Part shown: positions 1 through 13,298 of the stretch, piece after piece
How positions within the stretch are numbered: position 1 is the first letter of the stretch
How the letters are laid out: every line of letters begins with the position of its first letter
Assembly: GCA_002269645.1 (NCBI GenBank)
Contig: NIVC01003793.1
Location: forward strand, 12,557-76,556
Length of the DNA stretch: 64,000 nt
Reading direction: 5' to 3'
DNA from: Macrostomum lignano
Taxonomy: Eukaryota
Notes under the pieces: generated by a model
The model's database searches: none
The model's input: only the letters and a program-made list of their open reading frames with translations
Told to the model about the DNA's origin: nothing
Made by a program: the position numbers and the translations under genes

Positions 1-505
<505 letters not shown>

Positions 506-1092
506 ACAAAGTTGAGCAAAGCAGGCTCATAAGCCTACTAGTTTCAATCAACTAATATCCGCAAAGCTAAACAAGGCACTAACTCTGTCATTCTTGCTTT
601 CCTCAGACGCTGACTGACCGCTGAACTTCCGGGTTATTCATTCACAATGCCAGGCTGAATGAAACTGAAGCAGTGCCAATCAAATTCACTGGATTATCAG
701 CTGATTAAAACTTCCTGAAACGAAAATTATGTGCTGCCACAATTTCCTTTGACTACACCTTTCATAAGGCGGCTTAGCCAGAAGGTTTCAAAGGTTTCCA
801 CCCTTATGATTTATAAGCAATATTCAAACAATATTACATGTACGTCACTTCTAAGGAATCCGCTGACACCTAGCATGACATAATAGGAGCATACAGTCTC
901 CTGACACAATTCTGACAAATTTTAAGGTATTGAGATATTTTATCTTTACTAACACACTTTCTGACACATTTGGAATCCTGACTGAAATCTGTACAAATGA
1001 ACTGACACATTCAGAGACACAACTCCTGACTCATTTTGAAGTTTTCAAAATTTCACTAATTTCTAATTAAGTTCCGACACCTGCAATAACCA

Positions 1093-1250
1093 GCAATAAC
1101 CGCAAGAGGCTGTCAAACGGCTCACATCCTTGATGGCCAACCCCCAGCAATAACCGCAAGAGGCTGTCGAACGGCTCACATCCTTGATGGCCAACCCCCA
1201 TCAATAACCGCAAGAGGCTGTCACACGGCTCACATCCTTGATGGCCAACC
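1093..1250. repeat. 54-bp tandem repeat x3, intronic to the GPCR
   Basis: The unit gcaataaccgcaagaggctgtc...ggccaaccccca recurs at 1093, 1147 and ~1201. It lies just past the GPCR donor site and explains the repetitive tail of ORF 1067..1741. Confidence 0.9.
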
Positions 1251-1291
1251 CAGGAGTCAGCGGAATGCGCCAAGGGTGCAATTAACCTCAC

Positions 1292-1615
1292 CTGTATCCA
1301 TGGAGACAACCAGTAGCCAATGGCCTCCAAATATGGCACAGCATAGCAACCAACGGGCCCCAGCTTCATCGGGTCCAGGTCCCAATAGACAGACACGTAC
1401 AGATAGGTGGCAGCGAACACCAGGTTGATGAGATCGGCGATGGCCAGCGCTGAGAACAGAATCGAGGTTGTCTTCTGGAACACTCGGTACCGGATGATGA
1501 TGAGCAAGTTCATAGCCGTGCCGCAGAATCCCATGAGCAATAGCAGCGGCATGAACCAGGACATGAAGTACCTCTTGAACTGGTAGAATGAATCCCTTGG
1601 CGGCGCTTCTGACAT
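1292..1615 (-). CDS. Rhodopsin-class (class A) GPCR, probably peptide-receptor-like; exon encoding N-terminus to TM3 (partial gene)
   Basis: Translation MSEAPP...FMPLLLLMGFCGTAMNLLII (TM1 Asn), LFSALAIADL (TM2 LAxAD) and GCYAVPYLEAIGYWLSPWIQ (TM3 with conserved Cys). It ends at a CAG|GTGAGG donor (1292/1291). An AG lies 1 nt before the ATG at 1615. Downstream exons were not found in the window. Confidence 0.8.
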
Positions 1616-1842
1616 TCTAATTTCTCTCAAGTTAAACAAGCTGCTGTAGCGATATGAATTTTCTTGTCTTTTCTTTTGGCTGAAGGAATTTCCGAACGCA
1701 CTGCTCCATATTATCTGGAAAATGGCTGAATTTGAGCGCATTTGGATGCTTATTGGTTAGTTGCTAATTGGCAAATCAGAGAGGCGATGAGATCTGCCTG
1801 CAACTTGAAGCTTCTGTGGGAAAAGCGCTAAGGATAAGCACC

Positions 1843-2230
1843 GAGGGTAAGCTACAGGGGTAAGCTCCGAGGGTAAGCTCTGAGAGTAAGCTCCAAGGGT
1901 AAGCTCCGAGGGTAAGCTCCGAGGGTAAGCTCCAAGGGTAAGCTCCGAGGGTAAGCTCCGAGGGTAAGCTCCGAGGGTAAGCTCTGAGGGTAAGCTCCAA
2001 GGGTAAGCTCCGAGGGTAACCTCCGAGGGTAAGCTACAGGGGTAAGCTCCGAGGGTAAGCTCCGAGGTACGTAAGCTCCGAGGGTAAGCTCCGAGGTACG
2101 TAAGCTCCGAGGGTAAGCTCCGAGGGTAAGCTCCGAGGTACGTAAGCTCCGAGGGTAAGCTCCGAGGGTAAGCTCCGAGGGTAAGCTCCGAGGGTAAGCT
2201 CCAAGGGCAAGCGCCGAGGGTAAGCGGTAG
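1843..2230. repeat. 13-bp minisatellite (GAGGGTAAGCTCC)n
   Basis: 13-nt periodicity seen directly. It produces the RSLPSELTLGAYP pseudo-ORFs. Confidence 0.95.
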
Positions 2231-2249
2231 GGGTAAATGCCGAGGAGAC

Positions 2250-2448
2250 AGTAGAGTCGCCAAGGAGGCAGGGTTGTCGCCAAGGAGATAGGGTTGTCGC
2301 CAAGGAGACAGGATTTTTGCCAAGGAGACAATGTTGTCGCCAAGGAGACAAGGTTGTCGCCAAGGAGACAATGTTGTCGTCAAGGAGACAGGGTTGTCGC
2401 CAAGGAGACAGGGTTGTCGCCAAGGAGATAGGGTTGTCGCCAAGGAGG
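2250..2448. repeat. 20-bp minisatellite (GGGTTGTCGCCAAGGAGACA)n
   Basis: About ten 20-nt units adjacent to the 13-bp array. Confidence 0.9.
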
Positions 2449-3063
2449 ACGATGCATATTCCAGTCAATACATATCTGAGTGCCACAATGAAATCTGCGT
2501 GTTTTAGCAAAGCTTAAACTGACCCCACTCTTCCAATTGATGTCTTTTTAACAAAAAGGGGCTCATTCAACAGTCCAATTACGCTGAATCGAATGGGACT
2601 CAAAAATTGCTCAAAAAGATCAATGGAAGGCTTCCTTTTATTCTTCGTAAGTTAAAGCAATTTACAAGAAGGCGAAGGAAAAAAAGGAGGGCTGAGAGAG
2701 CCACTTCAGTGAAAAAATCCCTGCACGAACTTGACCTTTTTTTATGTCCGATGAAGGAGAAAGAGCCGCTGGTGCAGGTGTGGAATCCAGGATTTCGAGG
2801 TCAGTCGAGTTTGAGGGCTCTCCAGTCAGCCGGTCCCTGCAGTCTTGAGCAACTTTGAGTCTTGAGCTCGAATGTCTCATTACTTCCATCGTAACCGAGG
2901 CCGCGATTCCATTAATTGATTTTTGCGGCTCCTTTTTTCTTCATCTCTTCAGCTTTCAATTTTTCCCAATTATTGAGCCCCAACAGCCTCTGCAGCGTCT
3001 GCATGAGATTTTGCGCTTTCTTCTGGCTCGCCTGGTGAAATCTTATTCGAACTCTCTCACTGA

Positions 3064-5222
3064 GACTCACTGATAATCTCCCCGAATCTCGCTGAGAATC
3101 TCCTTGAATCTCAGCTTAATTTCTTCCTGAATCTCAGCTAAGGTTTGAATATCACTGTTAATCTCTCTCTAAATCTCACTGATAATCTCTCACTGTTAAT
3201 CTCTCTCTGAATCTCACTGATAATCTCTCACTGTTAATCTCTCTCTGAATCTCACTGATAATCTCTCACTGTTAATCTCTCTGAATCTCACTGATAATCT
3301 CTCTCTGAATCTCACTGATAATCTCTCTCTGAATCTCACTGATACTCTCTCTGTGAATCTCACTGTTAATCTCTCTCTGAATCTCACTGATAATCTCTCT
3401 CTGAATCTCACTGTTAATCTCTCTCTGAATCTTACTGATAATCTCTCACTGTTAATCTCTCTCTGAATCTCACTGTTAATCTCTCTCTCTGAATCTCACT
3501 GATAATCTCTCACTGTTAATCTCTCTCTGAATCTCACTGATAATCTCTCACTGTTAATCTCTCTCTGAATCTCACTGATAATCTCTCACTGTTAATCTCT
3601 CTCTGAATCTCACTGATATTCTCTCTCTGAATCTCACTGATAATCTCTCTCTGAATCTCACTGATAATCTCTCTCTGAATCTCACTGGTAATCTCTCTCT
3701 GAATCTCACTGATAATCTCTCTCTGAATCTCACTGTTAATCTCTCTCTGAATCTCACTGATAATCTCTCACTGTAAAACTCTCTCTGAATCTCACTGATA
3801 ATCTCTCTCTGAATCTCACTGTTAATCTCTCACTGTTAATCTCTCTCTAAATCTCACTGATAATCTCTCTCTGAATCTCACTGTTAATCTCTCTCTGAAT
3901 CTCACTGATAATCTCTCTCTGAATCTCACTGATATTCTCTCACTGTTAATCTCTCTCTGAATCTCACTGATAATCTCTCACTGTTAATCTCTCTCTGAAT
4001 CTCACTGATAATCTCTCACTGTTAATCTCTCTCTGAATCTCACTGATAATCTCTCTCTGAATCTCACTGATAATCTCTCTCTGAATCTCACTGATAATCT
4101 TTCTCTGAATCTCACTGATAATCTCTCTCTGAATCTCACAGATAATCTCTCTCTGAATCTCACTGATAATCTCTCTCTGAATCTCACTGATAATCTCTCT
4201 CTGAATCTCACTGATAATCTCTCTCTGAATCTCACTGATAATCTCTCTCTGAATCTCACTGATATTCTCTCACTGTTAATCTCTCTCTCTGAATCTCACT
4301 GATAATCTCTCACTGTTAATCTCTCTCTGAATCTCACTGATAATCTCTCACTGTTAATCTCTCTCTGAATCTCACTGATAATCTCTCACTGTTAATCTCT
4401 CTCTGAATCTCACTGATAATCTCTCACCGTTAATCTCTCTCTGAATCTCACTGATAATCTCTCACTGTTAATCTCTCTCTGAATCTCACTGATAATCTCT
4501 CTTTGAATCTCAAAGATAATTTTTCTCTGAATCTCTAAGACAATCTTTTTCTGAATCTCACTGACAATCTTTTTGAATCTCACTGAGAGTCTCTCTGAAT
4601 CTCGCTGAGAATCTTCCTGAGAATCTCACTGACAATATTTCTGAATTCCACTGAGAATTTCACTGAAAATCTCCCTAAATCTTACTGGGAATCTCTCTGA
4701 TATTATCCGTATCTCACTGAGAATCTCTCTGATCTATCTGAATCTCACTGAGAATCTCTCTGATCTATCTGAATCTCACTGAGAATCTCTCTGATATTAT
4801 CCGTATCTCACTGAGAATCTCTCTGATCTATCTGAATCTCACTGAGAATCTCTCTGATATTATCCGTATCTCACTGAGAATCTCTCTGATCTATCTGAAT
4901 CTCACTGAGAATCTCTCTGATATTATCCGTATCTCACTGAGAATCTCTCTGATCTATCTGAATCTCACTGAGAATCTCTCTGATCTATCTGAATCTCACT
5001 GAGAATCTCTCTGATATTATCCGTATCTCACTGAGAATCTCTCTGATCTATCTGAATCTCACAGAGAATCTCTCTGATCTATCTGAATCTCACTGAGAAT
5101 CTCTCTGATCTATCTGAATCTCACTATCAATCTCTCTGATCTATCTGAATCTCACTAACAATCTCTCTGATCTAGCAGAATCTCACTGAGAATCTCTCTG
5201 ATCTATCTAAATCTCACTGAGA
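3064..5222. repeat. Compound satellite: 24-bp (AATCTCTCTCTGAATCTCACTGAT)n grading into a ~31-bp variant
   Basis: Periodic gaatctcactg motif. The 24-bp units (12-bp subunits) dominate ~3150-4500 and tctctctgatctatctgaatctcactgagaa units dominate ~4690-5220. Confidence 0.95.
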
Positions 5223-7969
5223 ATTCGTCTGAACCTCTGCCATAATTCTTGTCAAACATACATTACAAGCAGCCTCAACCGATGGGTTTCAGTGTAATTT
5301 TCCCACACCTCAACCCTGTCATTATGTACCGCAGCGACGCGACCCACCTAAACTGGAACCAGCAAATTGCCCTCGAGCTGGTCGCGTGAATTCCCAATTG
5401 GCTCTCTCTCTACAACGCAACAACTCAAATTTGTCCCCCCCCCATATATTTTCCGCGTAAAACTTCGGAACTCTCTAGCTATAGACACGAGATAAAGTTA
5501 TAGATATATAACAGGTTTTTTCTGGATAACACACTTTGTTGGGAATTTCTCTGCCATGTACTGTGCATATATATGTGCTTATCTACATGTAGCTATTGAA
5601 TTTGCTGCTGTTAGAGAAGAGGAAGAGAATCTGTGACTACATGTGTATAAGGTGTGAGACGGCCCCTACTCAGTGAAGTAATTGAGTAAATTAGATGAGG
5701 AAGGTTGGCGCATTTGCAGGGGGAGCTGAGATCGAGGGGCTTCCAGCTGCATCTTGCAGAGCTGACCTGACGTGCTTAACTGCGTGTTTTCGGTCCAGAT
5801 GTTGGAGCACATTTGATAAAAGGATTCATCATGCACAATGTTAATTGTACATGTACAGACGTACAGTATATATGTGACAGCACATATGTACGTACTGAGG
5901 GGGCTCTCGATCCTTCCCCCCTTACTTTACATGTACTTCGATCCTATACTGTCAGTAGTAGCCATTGCATTTTCTTCTATCTTAACCATTCTAATTCCTT
6001 TCCTCTCTCCTATTTATACCTGCTCTACTTAATTTTCCTCTGTCTTGATGCAATTTTATATTTTCCAATTGGGACTGATCCAATACTCGCAGCATACTTT
6101 TATTTAGAGGTAATTCCAGGACATTTGATCGTTGCAATTGCGACATTTCGTAGCTAGTGTACGTCACCGGCATTCTCGTCGACCCACGCCAGTCAAAACT
6201 CTCGTCAAACATTACGGCAATTCTCAGCAAATTGATTTTACATGAACATTTATTAGCTGCACACTGCACCATAGCAAGAGAAGTGTGTGGTCCAATTTTG
6301 TGCCCACGCACCCATGTGATCAAATTTAAAACGTGTACATACACTCCCTGGGGCTGGAATTAACTTTTGTTATAACGATCGGTCCTCATGGGTCGTCGAT
6401 TTGCGCCATGATTACTGTCGTGCTCGTGCAGGTTTTGCAATATGCCTCGCAGCTGGCGTCGGCGAGCTCCGAGATGCCCTTGCTTGTCGAAATTAGGGAC
6501 GCGTCGTCAAGGACGGCAGGAGAACGCGAACTCGACTACTACGTCAGCTGCACCGTAAATGCACATGGTTTCACTGTACATGAAACAATGCAACACCCTA
6601 GCCTGCAGGTGCCTGCCGGCCGGTTGACAAAACGCTGCAGGTTGACGAATTGCCGCGGTTGACGAATTCAGCAGATACTTTTTTAGATATATGAATTTGT
6701 ACATGTACATGTAGATTTACATTTCTTGCTATAAAGAATACATTCATAGCTTTTATTCACATTTGCACTGCATGTCCATGTACTGTACATTCCAAATGTG
6801 GTAGTATACATGTACATTTATTATATACATGTATCAATATATACACCAGCGATAATTGCGAAATTTAATTTTGAGCATATTTTTCTCGATGCTGCCTTTT
6901 TAGCGATCTACAAAAACAATTCAGCTTTTGTTTTCATTGTCTGCCCATAATGTAAATCAATCATTAAGAACCAGAACGTCTTTTCCAAATCTAGTTGCCT
7001 ATGACTAGATCTGCCTATGATTTAGCAAGGACGATTCTTAAGTCGTCCTGTTGTGATTTAGTTAGGTGAAAAATAGGATATGCTAATTAACAAAATAAAT
7101 TATTTAAATTCTACCCAGTTGCTTAAAAGTAATCTAATGTAGCTTTTGCTGTTTTTAAATATTTAATTATAAGTGAGTATACAAGTCGAAAGCATTTTCT
7201 ACTTTCTGCAATACAAAATATAAAATCACACACAAGACCGGCCCAAGGACGACTTAAGTACTTCTTAAGTACTTAAGTCGTCCTTGGACCGGCCGTTAAT
7301 CGAAATGCCGAACCAAGAACAGAGTTCCAAAATGGGGTTTTTGGTAGTTTTGGCATAGGCCTGAAGCCTGGTTAGTGGCTAATGGCTAACTGGCTTCATT
7401 TAATTCCAATCGTGTCGAGGCTCAACCACCAGATCTTTTTTTACCGATTATATTATTTAGTAGGGCCTATATAGTCCTAGAGCCTAGGACCTAGTCAATT
7501 ACAATTAGTCATTAGTCTGATAATTAATTAATATTAATATATTAATAATAAGTGTTTTGGCAGATTGGCTTTGCTTTGACTTTATTTGTTCCTGACCTTA
7601 GCTTGGTTTCGTGATTGTGCCTAATTTTTTAAAGTAGGCTGGATAGCCCTAGACAGTAAGACAGGCCCTAGGCCCTAGTACCTAGTGGCCTATACCCCTA
7701 GGTAGGTCTAGAAAATTTAATTTCTTAGAAAAAACTCGAATTAGGCGTAGCCTAGCCAAAAAGTTCAAAATAGTTTTTTTGTGATTCAAAAATAAAAATT
7801 TCAGAGGACCTTCCTAGTATCCTACAACTAAGACTAGTACTAGTAGTGACTAGGCTAGGAATAAGAATAGGACCCAACCTTTATGGGACCTCTATAAGAC
7901 CTCTGAATCTAATGCTAATTGATGGGCTTTAGGTAGGCCTCTCAAGTCTAAATAAATCTTTGATACTAA

Positions 7970-8840
7970 CCATAGTCAGGAAGGTGGCAAGTGCACGCGG
8001 GAATCAATTTATGGAAAAATCCTTGGTGCACGCCAATGTATGCCAATTTTTTAAAACCCTTAACATGACGTTTCTGTTGCACGCCAAAAATCTTGAATAC
8101 CAAAAATCATGTAGGCCTACGCCAAAATTGTGTATACCAAAATCCTGTATGCCAAAAGTGGTTACACCGTCTGTTTACCCTACAGTAAATTGTAAAAAAA
8201 AATTGGTAAAATAACTTAAATTTTGTGTCAAAAATAAAACAGAAAACAACTGACTGTGTATTTAACGTAACTTTTATTCTACGTTGACAATGTATTTGCA
8301 TTCTTGATTTGAATATTAACCATATTAGATACTATTTTTAAATAAATTTTCTTTTTACATTAAACAAAGTTTATATAAAAAAAGGAAATTCGCTACAAAG
8401 AACATAGTGAGTATCAAAAACTTTTTCTTCACATTTCAAGAAACAAATAAACTAAAAGTCTACAAGAGTCACAAAATAAGAGCGTTTAAAAGTTAGGCCT
8501 ATTGGATATTTTAATTTTAATGTAGGCTGTAGAGTGTAGGCCTGGCTGTAGGCTAGGCTGTAGCCTCAACTAGTTGGTTTAATCAATATTCAAATTCAAT
8601 TGTTCACGTTTAACTTTATATATTGTATAAATATAGTGTATACATCTATATCTGACTTGTTGATATACTGTCAGTTTGTAATTGCACGCCAAGGTTACAC
8701 GCCAAATAAAAAACTTGTACGCTGAAAATTTAGGCGTGGCTTGAGACCCCTATTTGCACGCCAACTTTGCACGCCAAAATTTTAGCGTGGCTTATGCACT
8801 CGGGAAAATTCCCGCATGCAGGCCATCTTCCTGAGTATGG
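7970..8840. mobile_element. 871-bp non-autonomous DNA transposon with CCA...TGG ends and 8-bp TSD
   Basis: Imperfect ~34-bp TIRs: ccatagtcaggaaggtggcaagtgcacgcgggaat versus reverse complement of the right end ccatactcaggaagatggcctgcatgcgggaat. Perfect TSD gatactaa at 7962-7969 and 8841-8848. Many subterminal GCACGCCAA motifs. Confidence 0.88.
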
Positions 8841-9456
8841 GATACTAAGCCTAGGCTACTGCCACTACTATTCAGTTTGGCAACAAGACATTTTGGTAAC
8901 AAGATGTTTCAGCAAAAATTTTAGGCTATTTTGGCAAATCCTATCTAGATATGGTTATAACTAATTTATAGACTTCAACTTGGACTTGGACTATCTTGAA
9001 CTAGGCCTAATGTATTTTTGGTATTTTCTAATTTATAGACTCGGACTACCTATTTATAGACTAGGCCTAGCCTATGATAAAACTTGAAATTTAACATGTT
9101 AAAATCAATAAAAAATCCTAAATTGGATATTGGTCCTATATCTAATATAATATAGGATATTGGATATAAGTAGGGCCTATGATAGATAAGATAGGTAATG
9201 TTATTCATTGTCATTAATCAATATATAAACCCTATTGGAATAAGTTTCAAAAACCCACAGACATGTAACATGGGTGCCAAAATTATGCCCTCAAAAGCAT
9301 GACGTGACACCAAATTTTGTTGACTGAGGGGTGGCGTCCGTGGCGACGCATGACACAACATTGATGTCTATTGACTAAATGATTGGGGGGGGAGGACGCC
9401 ACAGTAGCCACATTGCAATTGACAATTCCTTTGCCATTCACTCCCAACACCGAGAC

Positions 9457-9729
9457 CATACATGCGCAACAGTCGGCCGAGTCGGCCGATCCGGCCGACC
9501 GATTTGGCGGCCAACCAAGGAAGTCGCAAAAATGCCCACCCGAAAAAACCAAAGTAGTAGTACTAAGTAGCTGACGAGGCATTTTGGCTTAATAGGACAG
9601 TCATAGTTACTCCAGCCGTTTACCCAACGTTGCTCTAATTTTGCTTTAGGGTTTTTTTTACATGTAAGTCGCATTTTTGTTAAAACTAAGTCGCATGGCC
9701 AACCGAATTTCGGAGGTTGCGCATGTATG
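9457..9729 (+). mobile_element. 273-bp MITE (CATACATGCGCAAC family), copy 1
   Basis: Perfect 14-bp TIR catacatgcgcaac / gttgcgcatgtatg. Perfect 8-bp TSD accgagac at 9449-9456 and 9730-9737. Confidence 0.92.
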
Positions 9730-12491
9730 ACCGAGACCATGGGGCAAGGGACAAGAGTATTCTGAGGTAGGGGCGGAGAAAGAAAAATAAGAGGGTGGGG
9801 GATTTGGCAATAAATTTATTTTAGCTAGTTTGCACACAAAAGAGAGCATTGCTGGTTTGCTAACACCAATAAGGTGGGGCAGTTTTACTTTGAACTGCCG
9901 CTGACATTGAATTCGCATGAATTAAATCCGGAAATATTGCACAGACAAATCGCAATGGAATCTTCCTCCTGTTTAACTCCAATTGCCAGGGTCCTCAAAT
10001 TCCAGGGGGAGGGTAGTCTTAGTCGTAGGCAAGTGGTCTTTGTTAAGCGCGAGCATTCAGTGCAAGTTCTCAGACACCATAATTAATGTTCTCTGAATGC
10101 TAGACTAATTACTGTCGATAGAGTAGCGCTGCCACCACTGTAATTTACGTATTATGGAACATAGAAGTCTTAGAGCTTTCTTTGAGATAAGACTGGGTTA
10201 TTTTATGCCCCACGGGCAAATGACTCAAGATAAGCTATGGTCTTAAACAAGCAAGGAGTAATAAGTTAAATTAGTTTATTAATGAAAGTAGGATAAGTTA
10301 TAGATAATTTTTACTAATGTGACAAATTTTACAAGACGCAAGGCGGTGCTGCAAGGCAACTATAAATTAGATACTATTAGTTGTTAATTAACTTGCAAGT
10401 AATTGGGTAACCAAGTATTAAGGTATGAGAAGTTAACGGTTCAAGGTAAAGGAGGAATAGCAACAAACAAAAGAACAAACATCAAACTATTTCGACAGTG
10501 CTCACATTGAGCTATAAATACTATAGAACAGTCTATACAGTGGCATATAACAAACATAAAAAGGGATAAACGTTAATTGAAATGGACATTGCAGACATAA
10601 TTACGACCAAACGAAAATTAAGATGGAGATGATAGGCAAAATTAACAATGAACAAATAAAGGGGCACAAAGGCCAGAACTGGGGGGCGGGAGATGATAGG
10701 AGGGTGACATTAGGGCAGCAACCTAAGGTGGACATAGGAGGGCCAAACCTGGGACAAATGACAAATTAACAACCAAAAACAGGACAAAATTCAAACAGTT
10801 CAGTGGGAGGCACCCACCTACCACAATTCCTTTCAATTTCGCAGAAAAAGAAATAAAATTTAAAAACAATAAACAGTAAAACAACAAGGTACAACACTTA
10901 GAAAAATAGTGCACGCATTGTAACTAACAAGTAACATTTCTAAAAATTATATTTGAAGTATTAGTTACTTTACCATTAAAATAAAAAAAATTCAAGAACT
11001 AATTATTATCAAACATGTTTGAAACATTTAAATACTGAGAAACAACCGTGAACATATTACAATGAAACACAGTTGGCGAGGTTTTGGCTACAGATCCAGG
11101 CTGCAACGTGACACATGATAACACTAGCCGCCAAGTTGCCACTGTCGCGTCACGCGACGTGACATACCACTTGACACCACTGTTGCGTGACGTGACACCA
11201 GGAGAATCCAAAAATGTGATGGACAGTCATCCGCGTTTTGTCAACTTATTCCAATAGGGTATATAGACATAGTATAAGCCTAGATTGTACATAGGCCCTC
11301 TATAAGTAATATGTCTAAATAGATTAATAGAGTCATAGAAACTATATAATAATCCCATGGCTATAAGCCTAGGCCCCTATTGATATATTAAGCCTAGTCT
11401 GATCTAGGTATGTTAATAGCAAAAATATATAATATATATTTAATAATAATAAAAACTGTATTAATAATTAAAAAACTAAGACAAGGCCTAAAAGTAAGAC
11501 AAGAACAAATTAAACAATATTTATCAATGTCAACTTTTCTTTTAAAAGCCTATATAGCTAGGCAGCTATCCTGTGTTATAGTTTTGCTCATTAATTTTTT
11601 TTGTTAAAAATAATAATTGTTGAGCCATAGTCCAGATTATATTGGTTACACATCTAAACAAAAATTGAATAAATGCAAATGTATGCCAGAAAAAAATTGA
11701 GTTCATATCCATTCTCATAACTATGCTAGTGTTGCAATAATAAATGACCTTCTTTACATTGTGAAAATAAATTACTTTTTAAAATTGCATAATGGTTAAT
11801 TTTTATGCTTTTTTGATGATACTATTCATAGTAAAAAATAAATACATGTAAAGATTTGTTTAACTGTTTTTTACAAGCTTAAAAAACCCTAAAAGCTTAA
11901 AATTTATGCTTAAAAATGAACATAAACATTAACAATATACTTCTTTCTACTTTACAATAACTCTTGCATAATTCTATGAAATGCACACCAGGTATGCATG
12001 CATACTATTTTCTTAAGAGTGATGCATGACAATTGTGCATGCCTACATGGATTTATAACTCGTACTTTTGGTGTGCAAGGCCAATGCATGCCTAAATTTT
12101 TAGGTCTAGGGGTAAAGGGTAAAGGGATAAAGGGTAATAAGGAATCAACTATTTAGTTCTGTTAGTCTACAATGAATAATAATGTGACACCTAATAGAAG
12201 TTCCCAAAGGTCTTGTTTGGAAAAGGGCACCAGTGAAAGTAGGGCCTAACTCCTGTAGGTATAACTTTGGTATAGAAAATGATAATAGAATGGTTGTAAT
12301 ATACACATTTAAACAAAAGTGGGTACTTAATAATATGTTACATTTGTTCCTTATTCTTTATTCTACTATTTCTTAAGCTTAAAGTTGCTTAAAAGTTTAT
12401 TATTTTTAACAAAAATAATTTAACATGCAAAACTATAAGATAGTCAGCTAGGCCTAGGCCTATAATAAAGTTCTAACTAACTAATGGTAAA

Positions 12492-13298
12492 CCACACTCC
12501 AGATCAATGAGATCATGTGATATATATTAAAAAAATTAGGCATGCATTAGCCTTGCATGCCAAAAGCTAGGTATACACAATTGGCATGCATTACTTCTAA
12601 GAAAAATAATATATATGCATACAGTATACCTAGTGTGCACTTTATGAAATCATGCTAAAGAGTTAATTTTAAGTAGAAAAAAGATTAAAAACTTCCAGTT
12701 TTCCAGTTTTTTAATCTTATAATAAGGCATTAAAACTAATGTTTGTACATATTGATTTCTGCTATAAATAATATAGGCAAAAAAGAAAAATAATGAACCA
12801 AATTATCAGTCAAAAAGGTCCTTTACACAATGCAAAAAAGGTCATTTTGTTGTAATGCAAAAAATCATTTTTTGTCATAATACCAATGTAGATTTGAGTG
12901 TAGACATGCACTAATTTTTTTGATATGCATTTATAACTATTAAATTTTTGTTTTAGTATGTACCTAGCATGATCCAGACTATAGATCATAAATGACCAAG
13001 TTAAAGCATTTTTAAAAAAGTAATTATTATAAATTTTATACAAAGTATTATGTACTAGTTTGTAGTAGCTGCATTGTAGTAGCTACAAATAAATGTAGGC
13101 CTGTACATTGCAAAGTTTTTTTATAATGTAAGATAGATTAGAATTTGATATTACATTAGATTATTATACTTGAAATCATATTTATGAATATATTAAAATT
13201 CATGCCAAAAGTTAAAGCCAAATATAATGCATAATAAACCAAATATATCTTGTATGCCAATACACTCTGGTATAAATCAATGATCTTCTAGAGTGTGG
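12492..13298. mobile_element. Old, degenerate member of the CCA...TGG element family
   Basis: Ends are ccacactccagatc and, as reverse complement of the right end, ccacactctagaagatc, resembling the right TIR of the 45884 element (ccacacttagaaag). It carries internal gcatgccaaaa/gtatgccaa motifs. The TSD is only partly recognisable. A homologous stretch lies at ~52690-53250. Confidence 0.55.

Noticed and set aside
10139-10936. Possible solo LTR (TG...CA ends, distinct composition)
   Set aside because: The flanks (accac / tttct) give no TSD, and no primer-binding site, polypurine tract or second copy was seen.
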